This document shows, one piece after another, positions 23,801 to 38,800 of a DNA stretch of 64,000 bases. Positions within the stretch are counted from its first letter, which is position 1; every line of letters starts with the position of its first letter. This stretch comes from Haliotis rufescens (taxonomy: Eukaryota). Position numbers and translations under genes: made by a program. The notes beneath the pieces were generated by a model. That model did no database searches, was not told the origin of the DNA, and saw only the letters and a list, made by a program, of their open reading frames with translations. The stretch lies in the NCBI RefSeq assembly GCF_023055435.1, contig NW_025964001.1:45570001-45634000 (forward strand), read 5' to 3'.

Positions 23801-26800
23801 CTCTCTGTCCACCGATCTATACCCACTCAACCCCTGTCCACCTTTCTATACCCACTCAACCCCTGTCCACCTGTCTATACCCACTCAACCTCTGTCCACC
23901 TTTCTATACCCACTCAACCTCTGTCCACCTTTCTATACCCACTCAACCTCTGTCCACCTTTCTATACCCACTCAACCTCTGTCCACCTTTCTATACCCAC
24001 TCAACCCCTGTCCACCTTTCTATACCCACTCAACCTCTGTCCACCTTTCTATACCCACTCAACCTCTGTCCACCTTTCTATACCCACTCAACCTCTGTCC
24101 ACCTTTCTATACCCACTCAACCTCTGTCCACCTTTCTATACCCACTCAACCTCTGTCCACCTTTCTATACCCTCTCAACCTCTGTCCACCTTTCTATACC
24201 CACTCAACCTCTGTCCACCTTTATATACCCACTCAACCTCTCTGTCCACCTTTCTATACCCACTCAACCTCTGTCCACCTTTCTATACCCACTCAACCTC
24301 TGTCCACCTTTCTATACCCACTCAACCTCTCTGTCCACCTTTCTATACCCTCTCAACCTCGGTCCACCTTCCTCCACCTCCATTTAAACCTCTCAACTTA
24401 ATGCAGTTATTTACAAACACAGCTAACCCTTGTATTTCCTACTACTTGCCAGCATTTGTATTCTGTGCCACGCTACTTGATGTCCCATGTGTTGTTCTAG
24501 TGAGCCCACTGGCCATGTACTACATCATTGGAGGGATTGTGTACCAGGCACCGGACCTCGGCTCTGTCGTAAACTCCAGATTGGTATGTAGAGAGCTTAC
24601 ATAGTGTTTCTCCTCTCCACTTACCTGTGTTGCAGTAACCACCCCCATTACACTAAGTTCACTCTTCAATGTAATGGAGAATTTTGTGCACTGTTCTGTG
24701 ATTGTTACCCACAATGCCTAGGGAGGTGACATGGCCTAGTGTTTGCTAGTCACCAAATGTTTTATTTCTTTTGTAAATTTAGAAAAGAAATAAGTATTTT
24801 TAATGGGGGGCGATGTTTGTTCAGGTACCCTGTAACTGTTTTGACAACATATCACTAATGATCTAGGTACCGGGTACATCTGTATTATAGGATAGCGGAG
24901 TGGTTTGCACGTCTTGCCAAAAACCTGGGTTCAATTACCCACATGGGTACAATGTGTGAAGCCCATTTCTGGTGTCCCCTGCCATGATATGGCAGGAATG
25001 CTAAAAGCGGTGTTATGCCATATTCAATCACTGTATTATCATGCATATTAAATACACCACTGCTCTGCTAGATCCGAAATAAACATGACAGTGTTTACTT
25101 ATGTGAGTATCAATACACACATAAGTAAATTTACTCACCATATGCAAATGGGTCATGTGAACACATTTGCTCATGTAGCAACATTACATCAGGTGTATAT
25201 CTACATGAGCAACACCAATGTTGCAAAAGTATCTTTGCACATGAGTATATTTACATGCCATGTATTTTGTGCGTGTGATCAGCCAAACACTTTAGTAACA
25301 GGTTTGCTTATTTGCTTATGGTCTGTGAATCATGATTATGCCTCAGTGCCAGAAGACAGGTGGCTGTTACCTTCAGTAGAACATGATCAGCATGATATAC
25401 ATTGTTATTGAGCGGCGAATTCGCAGCAAATAATATTCAGCATGTTGCTCCCCCAAACCCCCATTTCATTTTGATTAATTTTATCTCTATTTTTTTGTAT
25501 TTGCCCGCAGTTAACATGTTCAGCTTCAGTTATTTCACTGACAGACATGTTTCCATCCATAAAAGACACATAAATCAGTTACAACTTTTTTCTTGAAGAA
25601 CATCTGAATCGTGTAATGTCAGAATATTTAAGCCATATTTTCCACATGTGTTTATGTAGGAACAAAGTTATGAGCCAAGTCATTGTGCAAAGACACTACA
25701 ATCTGAAACTAATCATCTTTCCACTGTACATCTTTCCTATCCTCTAAATCCTCATCTAACTCGGCACATCTGCGGCGGTAGGGTAGACTAGTGGTTAAAG
25801 TGTTGGCTCGTCATGCAGAAGACCCGGGTTCAATTTCCCACTTGAGTACAACATATGAAGGCCATTTTCCTGTGTCCCCAGCCCTGATATTGCGGGAATA
25901 TTGCTTAAACCATTCTCACTTACTATTCACATCTAGCACAGATTATGAAATACAACATATACTGTTTTCACACTAGTGGCAATTCCAACTGACACATCAA
26001 GTCACTTCTGGAGAATCTCCACCTTCCCTTCACCCGGTTGAATGGTCATCCTAGCTCAGCTTAGCCGGTAGTTGAATTGTTTTGGGACAGATCGGATCTG
26101 GGTGTAATCTAATAGGAGGCATCTGCCACTCATGTAACAGGCATCTTGAATTCCTTGTCTGAGCACCACATACTCTTGACCATTCCACATATACAGTGGT
26201 CCCTTGACTTAACGCTACTCCGGATGCACCGCGGGGTAAACCATGGCTCCCAAAAATGCATGAAGAATTTTCCCCTAAAAGCGCGTTAAAGCGCGTTAAA
26301 GCAAATAAAGTTATAAATAAACTGATGAGATTTAATTCCAAGTCGATGTACACATGTGTGTATTTGTAAAACAATTACGTTCATTGTACCCGGCTGCATG
26401 TGATCGAAACCATTCTGCCTTTTGTTCGGTTGTGAAAAAACATATCGTACACAGATCTGGCATTAAACTCACATAAAATCAAATCACAGCAACAACATAC
26501 ATAAGCCGCATTGTTTGATTTAATACTCATCTCAGCTTGTTGTTATTAGTAAGATAACATGTGAGATGTCTTCGGACTTCAAACCGGCCTCGCGTAATGC
26601 AATAACAACACTCGTAACAATGGCTTCCGGTATTTAATCCGGACTTGAGAAACCGTGAGAGACCTATAAAAAACATTGGAACTTCATTGTTTAAATAGCA
26701 TAATTACGAAGGGTATAAAATAAATCTTAGTTCATTAGTCTTTACCATTTCAATCATGGCAACCACTGCGAGTAAATCTAAGCGACAGGCGTACACTGTT

Positions 26801-29800
26801 AAAGACAAGTTGGAGATTGTGAGGCAGGTGAGAGAGGGTGAATCGCAAGCTAGCGTCAGCCGTTCAACTGGGATTCCAGCAGAGACCATACGTGGATTGC
26901 TAAAAGAAGAAAAAAACTTCAAGATCTTGCATTTGAGACCCAGGAGATCGGGGGATTGCAGAAGAAGCGAAATAAAGGGGCAGCGGACTCTACACTGGAT
27001 GCAGCGCTGTTTGCGTGGTTCACGCAAAGCAGACATGGTGGCATACCACTATCTGGCGAGATAGCAAAAATGCAGGCTCAGAAACTGTCCCTAGATATTC
27101 ATGGCCCCAATGACACATTCAAGGCCAGTGCCAGTTTTTCCACAAGTTTGTCCCAGCTGTCCGTGACCATCTCCGATCACGGAACTTGGAGGAGAAAGCC
27201 ATCTTCCTATTGGATAACTGCCCCGCCCATCCCCCAGCAAGTACATTGCAGTTGCATGATGGACTCATAAAGGCATTCCTATTGCCGAAAAACACGACCT
27301 CCCTCATTCAACCGCTCGACCAAGGGATAATCAAAGCATACAAGGCACATTATCGGAGATTCTTAGTGAGTGTGTTGGTGGAAAGAGGATTGGACCCCGT
27401 TGCGTTCCTGAAGACAGTCACAGTGAAGGATGCTGTTCTTCACACATCCAAAGCCTGGATGAAGGTGACGCCAGCCACCATCAACAACTGCTAGATGAAG
27501 GGACTTGGGCCAGCATTCGGGGTTGACGAAGATTTTGTGGGGTTTCAGGAAGAAGATGTCATCGATGCTGTACCAAAGTTCCGCGACTATGCTAAGGAGA
27601 ACAGCATCGATGTATCCCAAGAGATGGCCATGATGTGGAACGCGTGCGACGACGACCTGCCGATTGCCGAACTTCTCAACGACCAAGAGTTGGTTGCCGC
27701 AGCAATGCCCGTCGAAATCATCGACGATGAAGAGGAAGAGGAAAACAGTGACAGTGAAAACAGTGTTCAGCCAATGGCACCCTCCATTCGAGATGCTATT
27801 AATCGGGCCGAGCTTTTATTGCGGCACTTAGAAAAAAGTGACAGATACGAACAACTACACGTGATGCAAGTCCGCTGCATACTGTCACAACTGAGAACCG
27901 AGGAACGTGACCGTCAGAAACAATCGAAAATTAATGACTTTTTTAGTAAATAGAAATGTGTTCATGCATAACGTCATGTACACGCACCAGTTGCATGGTA
28001 TGAGTGCAATTTTCCCTTTGCATAATTATCATTATTAACAGAACTAAATATATCTCTTATCCACTCAAATCTACGTTTGTGTTTGTGTTTGATTTTTATA
28101 AATCGCTCAAATAACCGTGTAGTTACGCACGTCATATCAATGTACATTGTACATAAAGTGCATACAGGGAGCCGGCTGTGTCCATATGTGTTTTCATAAC
28201 TTTGACACGTTATTATTTATTAACCAATCACAGCCTCGGTTGCACATTAGTTTCGTTACAAGGCTTCTCTGGCTTTGTAATGTACTGTCATCGATTGATA
28301 ATGTGAGTAGGTCGGCGATCGGACCAATTTTCTTCCGAAAAACTTAAAATATAACAACACTTATTTAGATTCTACATGTATAACATCCAGTCATCAAATA
28401 ATACAGACTACTTTGATTAACTTACACAAAGTATTTCTATTTTTTTAAGCATGCAGTTTGAATCATCGTCCACGATCAGTGTTACATACATCTACATGTC
28501 CAATGCCACCATGAAATAATTGCGCCACTGTTCCATTCACTACCATCATTACGTAATGTAAACCTCAGCAAGGAATATCTGTACAACGCTCTGTCCTAGA
28601 ATGCGGGGTCGGTTTCTTGGACCCCGATGGCAGCGGTATATCGAGGGACCACTGTATATCAGTAAAGGGATAAACAGCTGGCAGGATTATGGAGTACCAT
28701 GGCCTTGCCTGTTCAGACAGTCAGCATGGGCATGTGCCGAGTCCCATTGATTGCACCGCCACGTGCCCTTGCAGACAGTCAGCATGGGCATGTGCCGAGT
28801 CCCATTGATGGCACCGACACGTGCCCTTGCAGACAGTCAGCATGGGCATGTGCCGAGTCCCATTGATGGCACCGACACGTGCCCTTGCAGACAGTCAGCA
28901 TGGGCATGTGCCGAGTCCCATTGATGGCACCGACACGTGCCCTTGCAGACAGTCAGCATGGGCATGTGCCGAGTCCCATCAATGGCACCGCCACAGTTTG
29001 GGAATCCCCAGATCTCTTTGTAACCATCAATGACAGCCTTTCGGTTGTTATCTTTAGTGGGACTTGTGAAGTCAACAACAGCACTGCAGACATCTTGCAC
29101 AAATTCCCATACTGTAAAAGACCGGTATCACTTCAGGCATTCCTCCCACATCATGCTGGCACGCCGTGGTAGATAACTGGAATACTGTTCAAAGTGGCTT
29201 TTAACCAAACTCACTCACTCACTCCCATACTGTAGACTTATTTTCCTACGCCAGAATCCTTCCATCCTTCCTGAACTCAGCAGATGAAGCCGCCAATAGA
29301 TGCCAAGCTTATGATCTACATCCAGATGTTCTTGAACTCTTTAGTTTTTTTGAAGCCCCTGGCAAAGAAAGGAAAATGTTTTTCTGGTCTTTCAAAAGTT
29401 TTCCCTGATTTAATGATCAGTAAAGCTTCCTTTAACAAAATCATTCCACAATGCACATGATCTCCTGGTCTCTGTCCGTAATCATTTTGTTTCCTGGAGC
29501 ACAACTCGAAAACCGTTCAAAATTTTAAACAGAAATAGGCAGATGTATCAAACAGAGCCTGAAACGGTGCCTTTTGCTGTTTGCGGATTTGGGGCATTTC
29601 TATTTTTCTCGATTTCCATGTAAACGATTTGGACTTAGTCTCAAAATGGGTGGTGAATGTTGTTTCCAGAATAATTTCACTGTCTTAGCTAAGATTTGTT
29701 TCATCAGTCAGATGAATTAATGTTGCTGTAGGTTGAAGACAGCTTCAAGAATAGCTGTTATTGCAGTAGTAATTTTGGTCATAAGTCTAAGATTTATCTC

Positions 29801-32800
29801 GGCTAAGACATACATGTGAATAGGCTGCCTGGTTGTTGAAGTCTTAGCTTGTCCGAGGCTAGATGTCACTTTTGTGGCTACAATGTGTGAAGCCTATAGT
29901 TTGAGTCCCTTCTTCTATGACATAGTAGATATATCCATATTCACTGACTGTCTCTGTACAACTGATGTCATAAGAATGTCCTTCTGAATGTTTATGTACT
30001 TTCTTATTTCTCGTTTTAGCTAAATACTGTACACAATCTCCAGTCTGCATTTGAAGAAGGTAGGTATTTACAGTTTCAAATAAAATTCACAGCGTGTCCA
30101 ACATGACCAATGGCTTTTCTTTCATCCCCCATATGATGCAGGGGGATCATCATCTGTTCTGTCTATCCATCCGTCCATTGGTCCATATTTTGTTTTCCGG
30201 AGCAGAACTTACATAACCTTTTCATAACCGTGAAAAATGTTTTATCCAAACTTGGTACCTGTATTAACCAGGGGCTGACATGGTGTGTTTTGCTATTGTT
30301 GGGGCCGGGGGGATTTGTCATCTTCTGCTGCTGCCTCTTGTTGTTTCAACTATGTTCCATTCAACTCTCTACATATTAGTACTCTTAGTGGAGAAAGTAG
30401 AACATTATAACAACCTGAATTTTGTATGAGGAGCCGGTCTAGCCCCATAATCCTAAGAGGACTCAGATTTGTTCATTGCAGAAAATCAAAATATAAATAT
30501 ATATTCCTAATTTTTACACCAATTTTCAAAAGACGAATTTTCTTCTAATAATTACAATCTGTGATTCTGATTGGCCGACTTTCAAAATTGAATGTTATTT
30601 TTCGATAACTTTAGAAAGCCTTGCAACCCTGAAGTACTTTGTCAAAGGAATTCCCCATGACCTCACTCGTCAGTGCAGCGACTTGAAACATTTGAAAGAA
30701 TGTTTTACCCATGAAGATGCGGGTTAGAATAGGTCTTCAGCAACCCATGCTTGCTGTAAAAAGCGACTAACTAGGTGGTCAGTCTTCGCAACATGGTTTA
30801 TACATGTCCCAAATGTGTGATGTCAGTCACTGGATTTTCTGGTCCAGACTCAATTATTTATAGACCGCCGTCATATAGCTGGAATATTTGCTGAGTTCGG
30901 TGTTAAACAATGCCTAAACATGGTATCGGGGACTCTCTCGTATGAGACAGCCCCCAAAGTACAAGGTTACAACTATCAATAAATCAATGAAACATTTCAA
31001 AGAAAACAATTCTTGCAATAAGAGCACCATGTAGTATATGATTTCTTTGTAGTCATATCTTCCAAACAGCCTTCTGTTTCACCGCTTGTTTGCCTTTCAT
31101 TTGCTTTACCTTTATCACCAGCTTACATTACTATCTTTCTTTAATTGCTAAGATCTTTCTAAAACTATTTTGAATCGTTACTGAAATACAATTGATTATT
31201 AATACGACCTAGAAAATATTAAGGTCCCTGACATCTTTGTGAAAGGTATCTCTATATTCAAGCTAAAACGTTCGTGTGACAGGACATAGACAGTAAACAG
31301 CATGTATCCTTGCAATGCCAATTGTACCCGACTAAGATATTTTGACGATTAACGATGATTAAGTTCGTAAGTAGATGGGGGCACGAGCGGCCCAGTCTTC
31401 TAAGGCACCGTGATTCTCTATGTAGAATTACATCCCTTAGACACGCCAGAAACTATGATTGTGGGTTCGAATCCCGGTTCGCCCCGATTATGTTTCTAGG
31501 TTTGTCAGCACCATACCCGTGCTCGTGGGTTTCACCGAAGTGGTAAACGTCTGAGATCTGCATCACTTCGGGCTTTCCTCCCACATTAAGCTGACACGCC
31601 GCGATATAACTGGTATAATGTTAAAAGCTGCGTTAAACCCAACTCACTCACTCAATTGTAACTACATTGTATAAGGATTGTATTTCTTTTCTGTGCATTT
31701 ATCAAAGGAAAACAGTCACAAACTTAGTATAAGATCTCTCCACTAAACTATATACAATTTGTAAATGTGAAAAGCACAGAAAAGGAACAACAATCCTTAA
31801 AGAAAGCACAAGGTCTGAATTTGAAATATCAATATGATTTGTAGCAACAGTGAGGTCATATTTGTTCATGCCAGTAAAACAAAGTTAAGCTTTATTGCTT
31901 AAAGTTAGTTCAAACTAACAGTTAGCAATGACTAGTTTGTGACAATTTAATATCTTGTAGTCAGAAATATCTGTACATAACACACATTGAGATCATACTG
32001 TCCTCTCATCAACAGACCACCGTCTACATCTTATTATCACTGATTGTGTAATCTTTGACTTGGATACATCACTTTGTAACAAGGGTCCATTTCTTTTATC
32101 AATGTATACATAGCCTCCTTGACCAGCAGGGGAGGTCGGGTAGCCTAGTGGTTAAAGCACTCGCTCCTCACGCCGAACACCAGGGTTCAATTTCCGACAT
32201 GGGTACAATGTGTGAAGCCCATTTCTGGTGTCCCCGCCGTGGTATTGCTGGAATATTGCTAAAAGCGGCGTAAAACCATACTCAATCACTCACTCACTCC
32301 TTGACCAGCAATAAAAATGCACCTCAGCTTTCAGCTCACTTTGAGTGTACTTGGTAGCAACAGTGTGATGGTGTTTTATATTAAGATATTAAAATTTGCT
32401 TAAGGTGTATTCTGGCCTGGGAAATTAGGAAATGCTATTAGTGTGGTCCTGGTATGTATGTGTATGTTATCTAACAGTCATGCAGGATGTGCATTGTTGT
32501 CAGGAGACCACCACTCACTGTGAAACTATGGGAAGTCAAGCTGTGTCATGGCTCAAAGTAGTAGTTGAGGACAAAACATTTTTCTGGTTGGGGTTTTCAC
32601 AAGTCTAAATATTTTGGTGGTGTATTTCAACATATGTACATTGTACTTGACTTATGATTCAAATCACAGAACTATAAATATGAGTAATAATGCATGACAG
32701 TAAGGAAATAAACCCTCAAAATTTGACAGAAATAAGGAAATGCTAGCCACTGTGTCACACTTCAGTAGTTAGACACCCCTGTACAACAGTATTATAGAAT

Positions 32801-35800
32801 GTATAATGTGACACTGGTCCCTGTACAACAGTATTATAGAATGTATAATGTGACACTGGTCCCTATACAACAGTATTATAGAATGCATGATGTGACACTG
32901 GTCCCTATACAACAGTATTATAGAATGTATAATGTGACACTGGTCCCTATACAACAGTATTATAGAATGCATGATGTGACACTGGTCCCTATACAACAGT
33001 ATTATAGAATGTATAATGTGACACTGGTCCCTATACAACAGTATCATAGAATGTATAATGTGACACTGGTCCCTGTACAACAGTATTATAGAATGCATGA
33101 TGTGATACTGGTCCCTGTACAACAGTATTATAGAATGCAGAATGTGACACTGGTCCCTATACAACAGTATCATAGAATGTATAATGTGACACTGGTCCCT
33201 GTACAACAGTATTATAGAATGCATGATGTGACACTGGTCCCTATACAACAGTATTATAGAATGTATAATGTGACACTGGTCCCTATACAACAGTATTATA
33301 GAATGTATAATGTGACACTGGTCCCTATACAACAGTATTATAGAATGTATAATGTGACACTGGTCCCTTTACAACAGTATTATAGAATGCATGATGTGAC
33401 ACTGGTCCCTATACAACAGTATCATAGAATGTATAATGTGACACTGGTCCCTGTACAACAGTATCATAGAATGTATAATGTGACACTGGTCCCTATACAA
33501 CAGTATTATAGAATGTATAATGTGACACTGGTCCCTATACAACAGTATTATAGAATGTATAATGTGACACTGGTCCCTTTACAACAGTATCATAGAATGT
33601 ATAATGTGACACTGGTCCCTATACAACAGTATTATAGAATGTATAATGTGACACTGGTCCCTTTACAACAGTATTATAGAATGTATAATGTGGCACTGGT
33701 CCCTTTACAACAGTATTATAGAATGAATAATGTGACACTGGTCCCTATACAACAGTATTATAGAATGTATAATGTGACACTGGTCCCTATACAACAGTAT
33801 TATAGAATGTATAATGTGACACTGGTCCCTATACAACAGTATTATAGAATGTATAATGTGACACTGGTCCCTTTACAACAGTATTATAGAATGTATAATG
33901 TGACACTGGTCCCTATACAACAGTATTATAGAATGTATAATGTGACACTGGTCCCTATACAACAGTATTATAGAATGTATAATGTGACACTGGTCCCTAT
34001 ACAACAGTATTATAGAATGTATAATGTGACACTGGTCCCTATACAACAGTATTATAGAATGTATAATGTGACACTGGTCCCTATACAACAGTATTATAGA
34101 ATATATAATGTGACACTGGTCCCTATACAACAGTATTATAGAATGTATAATGTGACACTGGTCCCTATACAACAGTATTATAGAATGTATAATGTGACAC
34201 TGGTCCCTATACAACAGTATTATAGAATGTATAATGTGACACTGGTCCCTATACAACAGTATTATAGAATGTATAATGTGACACTGGTCCCTTTACAACA
34301 GTATTATAGAATGTATAATGTGACACTGGTCCCTATACAACAGTATTATAGAATGTATAATGTGACACTGGTCCCTATACAACAGTATTATAGAATGTAT
34401 AATGTGACACTGGCCCTTGTACAACTGACAGTTTCTAGCTGGTGCTGCAGGGTTGAGAGTAGCCCTTCTGGTTATTGTGTGTATAGCTCCTTACAGCAGA
34501 CCTCTCTGTTAGACTCTATACCAGAGGGGTAGCAAGGTGTCAAGCCCTTGGATTGAGCTTGGACTGTAAACGACAAAGGGAGGTCACTCTGATTTACAAG
34601 CACCTCAATCTGCTGCCACCAACAACAATCAGAAATAAACTTGCAATATTTCTGCATGAGTTATGTTGAATAAGTTGAGCATGAGCGCTCTCACAATAAC
34701 TTTTCATACATGTTTAGTCAACATAGAAACAAGCATGATTATACAAATAACCAATGTCAATTGCCTTTACAACTTCTTAACTTTTAAAACTATGTTATAT
34801 GAAAGAAACTCAAGGTCCAGAGAAATGAAACTTAATAAATATGTGTTGGAACAGAATGTGATTTAGATTTCTTCATGGCATGGAATGGAAAGATTTAGTG
34901 TATGATTATAGAATTGAAAACATATTTTTGAATTATAGCATCATCTTTTCAGAAACTGGTTAGAATATCTAACTAAAAAGTAAGTGCACAAAGACTTATA
35001 CATCTGTGTTTGTGATGACGACCTACGACCATCAACACAGATATATGTTACTTGCTTTGTGTGAGATACCAGATACAACAGTAACAACACAATATCCATA
35101 CATCTGCAGTACATCAATCAGTGCACATCAGTACACATACTATGCAAGTACATACACAAGGTATGACATATTGGGATGTATTGTTGGGGACAATGACATA
35201 TGTGGTCATGGAATCAGAAGGTTGGAATGTCAGTTGAGATATGATAGTCCTGCTGCTGTATGTCTACCGTATATCGCTGTGTATAAGGTGAGTCTTTCGT
35301 AGATCAAATGAGGGGCTTTCAAGGGGGCGTGGGGGGTCGTTTTTTATGCAGGGTTGAAGAGTTTTGATGTTTTTCCCCCCAACACAGACATAACTGTGAG
35401 CACGTAACACCGGAAATACCATGTCAACAAATCCGTAATGAAGTATGCAAACTAGTCATGTAATTACACTGTCTGGTTATAAAAACAGTTAATTATTTAT
35501 CTGGACTTACCTTTGTAATCTATTTTATTAATTTTAATCCAAATTACATTCAATATTGTTTGTTTTATTTTCATTTGGTCAAAATCGCGTGTGAAGTGAT
35601 CAGGAAATCACACAATTCACCGTTATATTCAGCAACCAAGGTCATATTACCGCTATTGACGCCTTGAAATGAACTTTAGTGGATCAAGAATGGATATATA
35701 TATATATATGTATGAAACGATACATGTCAATGTAGACCCCCAAATCATGTGACTGACACTGACCTCGAATATTGACTCGTCACATGATCAGTATTGACCT

Positions 35801-38800
35801 GTCACGTGGTGAATACAGACCTGATAACAAGATGGTGTCTGGTACTAACATTTGATTGTTCGCAGCTAAGTCACACTAGTAAAACTGAATGGTTTAAAGG
35901 CATCATAGACTTTGATGTGAATTCTGGTATAACAAAACGAATGATTACTCCTCCGTCTAGTCAAACCACCTCCATGACCTCAGGGGTTGGAGACAAGGGT
36001 CCTTGTTATCACATACTGATCAAGAGTAATTATTTGTATAATATATACTCACCGCCAAAAGAAACGCAAGGACCATACATGCTGGTTAATATATGAAGAA
36101 TTACTAATATTCAAGAGATCTTACATAATGCATAATGAACGAACCACATGTGACGTCATAGATGACTTGAGATGCTGTATTTGTCTCGTGCAGGATTAGC
36201 GTGTAGAGTTTGGAAATCACATGCAGTATATTGTGATAAGAATAAAGACACGCTGTGATAACACTTGACTGTTAGTTTTGTCATTAAGTGGTACACATTG
36301 GAAACATCTCCTTTTAACGTACATTGTTCTCTGTATGTTTCTATGGTTCACGTTTCTTTTGGTGGTAAGTATATTATAAACACAGATATCCACTTACAAT
36401 TCATAGGCATAAGACTATGCCTGATTCACTTTTAATCCTATATAATATAACCATGGGTCATCCAATTTACCACCAGTTATCCGCTACTTATAATCCAGGA
36501 TAAGTTGAGTCTGGACCTGACAATTGACCCCGTATGTCTATGTAGGAGGTCTGCCCACTGGCACGTACCATTGTGAAGAAAGGGGAAGCAGGTGGTCTAC
36601 GACAAGCAGTACGATGGATATGTGTGTATCTTGGCTAAGAATACTGGTATCGACTTGTCAAGCAGATCTCTTAATGGTCGTATGAGCAACACTTGCGTCC
36701 ATGGAGCGTAGCCAATTTCATCATGACCTGAGACATGCACAACTGGCGTACACCCTCCGAACTTGTAACTGTTTCTAGGCTCGGCAGCACCATACCCGTG
36801 CTCGTGGGTTTCACTGAAGTGGTTAACATCTGAGCCCTGCATCACTTTGGGCTTTCCTCCCACATTAAGCTGACACGCCGTGATATAACTGGAATAATGT
36901 TAAAAGCGGCATTAAACACAACTCACTCACTCACTGTACCTGTAACAAACCAAATATGTTTCCCCCACTTTTGTGCACTGCCTGCTTGTCTCAAACACAA
37001 TTTGTGAGTTGGTTCAACTTATCTTGGTCAACCAGTAAAAGTGTTTTGCATGGTTGTAGATGCACTGGCTATGGAGGTCACTGTTTATTTATGATTACGT
37101 AAACAAATACTACCCATAAACAAGTATCTACACTTATGTAATATGCATATTCATATCAAAAGTATTGTTTTATCTATACATAAACTAAAACATACACTTG
37201 ATAGACAATATACTGAGTTAATAATGGGCCTGTGCTCATACCACACCTGGGGACCATGCTGTGTCAAGTATCTACCATGTCTACATTACTAGCTGTCTGC
37301 AGAAAAAGTAATAATATGTACAGTACATGCATACATAACAGTAAGAATAAATGTAACTCAGCTCTCTATATAATATTTTTCATCATTAACACAAGAGCTG
37401 AGCATGGTGAAATAACGCTTTAAGATGTCTTCCATTCATTCATTCAGTTGTTCATGCTTAACCTTACCGCTTGTATCACGAATGAGCTTGGGTAAATTAA
37501 CTTACAAGACTGGTAAGATAATTAATTTCAAGTGTTCTTACAGGAAATATGACGGTCCTGTAAAGTAATGAAATGATGTAGTGTACTGCACTGTAAGATT
37601 GGGATGCAATAGTTCCCCTGTCCTGTCCATTTCATACATTTGTGCATACTGGATGCACATTTCTGTCGGGAAAGACTTCCGCCTGTATCCCCCTCCACAT
37701 GTTATATATGTATGCATTGCCGCTCAATCCTTTCAAATCATATATAGTTTTAAGTGTAAAACCCTGGTACTTTTTGTTTAATGTTATTACATGTTATAAT
37801 GAATTTTTGATAATTATTTGGTTCTTTCAAGCAATGGAAATAAAACTATACATTTGTTACTGCCTCAGTATCACAAATGTAGCTGATGTTTACAGGATTA
37901 CATGGCTAACAATGAAACTTACAAAGTCAATGCTTTGTTGTGAGTTGAGGAAATATTGATGGATTGTGACCATGTTTGTTGCTGGCTGTTTTTGAGACAG
38001 GTCATGTTTGAGAATGAACAGCTTTGTAACAAGGTCAAAGGTTACGTGACAATGGCTAAAAATCTGGTCTTCGACATATATCAAACATTAATGGATTTAA
38101 GCATGTTTAGTAAATTTATATTTATAAATCATCATCATTTTGGCATTGATCTGTTGGCATCAATATTTACCAAAAAATAATTTCACAACATTATCTAAGA
38201 AACAAGAAAATATTAAGGATAATGGCTGTAAGTAGATTCAAGAAACCAGGTAGAAACAGCTGAAACTTTGAAGCATAATGGCTGTAACTAGATTAATGTT
38301 TGTTCACATCATCATGTTGAGACATCATTAACCAAATGATCCTGTTGTTTTCCAGCACAGTCCTTCTCCAAGTACAATCCTTCCAAAGGTTACTGGTGGG
38401 AGTTCAAGGACAAGGAAGAGAAAGGTCAGTAGACTTAAACCAGGCTACGTCAGTCAGTACCGTCACCGCGGTACATCAGTTAGTACCATCACCACGGTAC
38501 ATCAGTTAGTACTATCACCACAATGTCACATGTGGACGATGTTCTTGTGTAGGTCACATGTGGATGATGTTCTAGCGTATGTCACATGCGGATGATGTTC
38601 TTTTATATGTCACATGTGGACAATGTTCTAGCTTATGTCACATGTGGACAATGTTCTAGTGTATGTCACATGTGGATGATGTTCTAGCTTATGTCACATG
38701 TGGACAATGTTCTAGTGTATGTCACATGTGGACAATGTTCTAGTGTATGTCACATGTGGATGATGTTCTAGCTTATGTCACATGTGGACAATGTTCTAGC

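Larger units (their letters stand above)
25975..29500 (-). pseudogene. Decayed PIF/Harbinger (HARBI1-like) transposase, split by a pogo element
   Basis: Minus-strand fragments in colinear order: [13 protein letters not shown] (~29010-28975), [15 protein letters not shown]|YVEW across the pogo TA site, [13 protein letters not shown] and KGRWR (~26085-26015). Confidence 0.75.

Noticed and set aside
23493-24401. 302-aa Pro/Thr/Ser-rich ORF
   Set aside because: Translation of the C/T-rich tandem repeat.
32799-34532. 577-aa ORF of 14-aa repeats
   Set aside because: The 42-bp unit is a multiple of 3 and lacks stops by chance; it is intronic, open on both strands and has no non-repeat domain.
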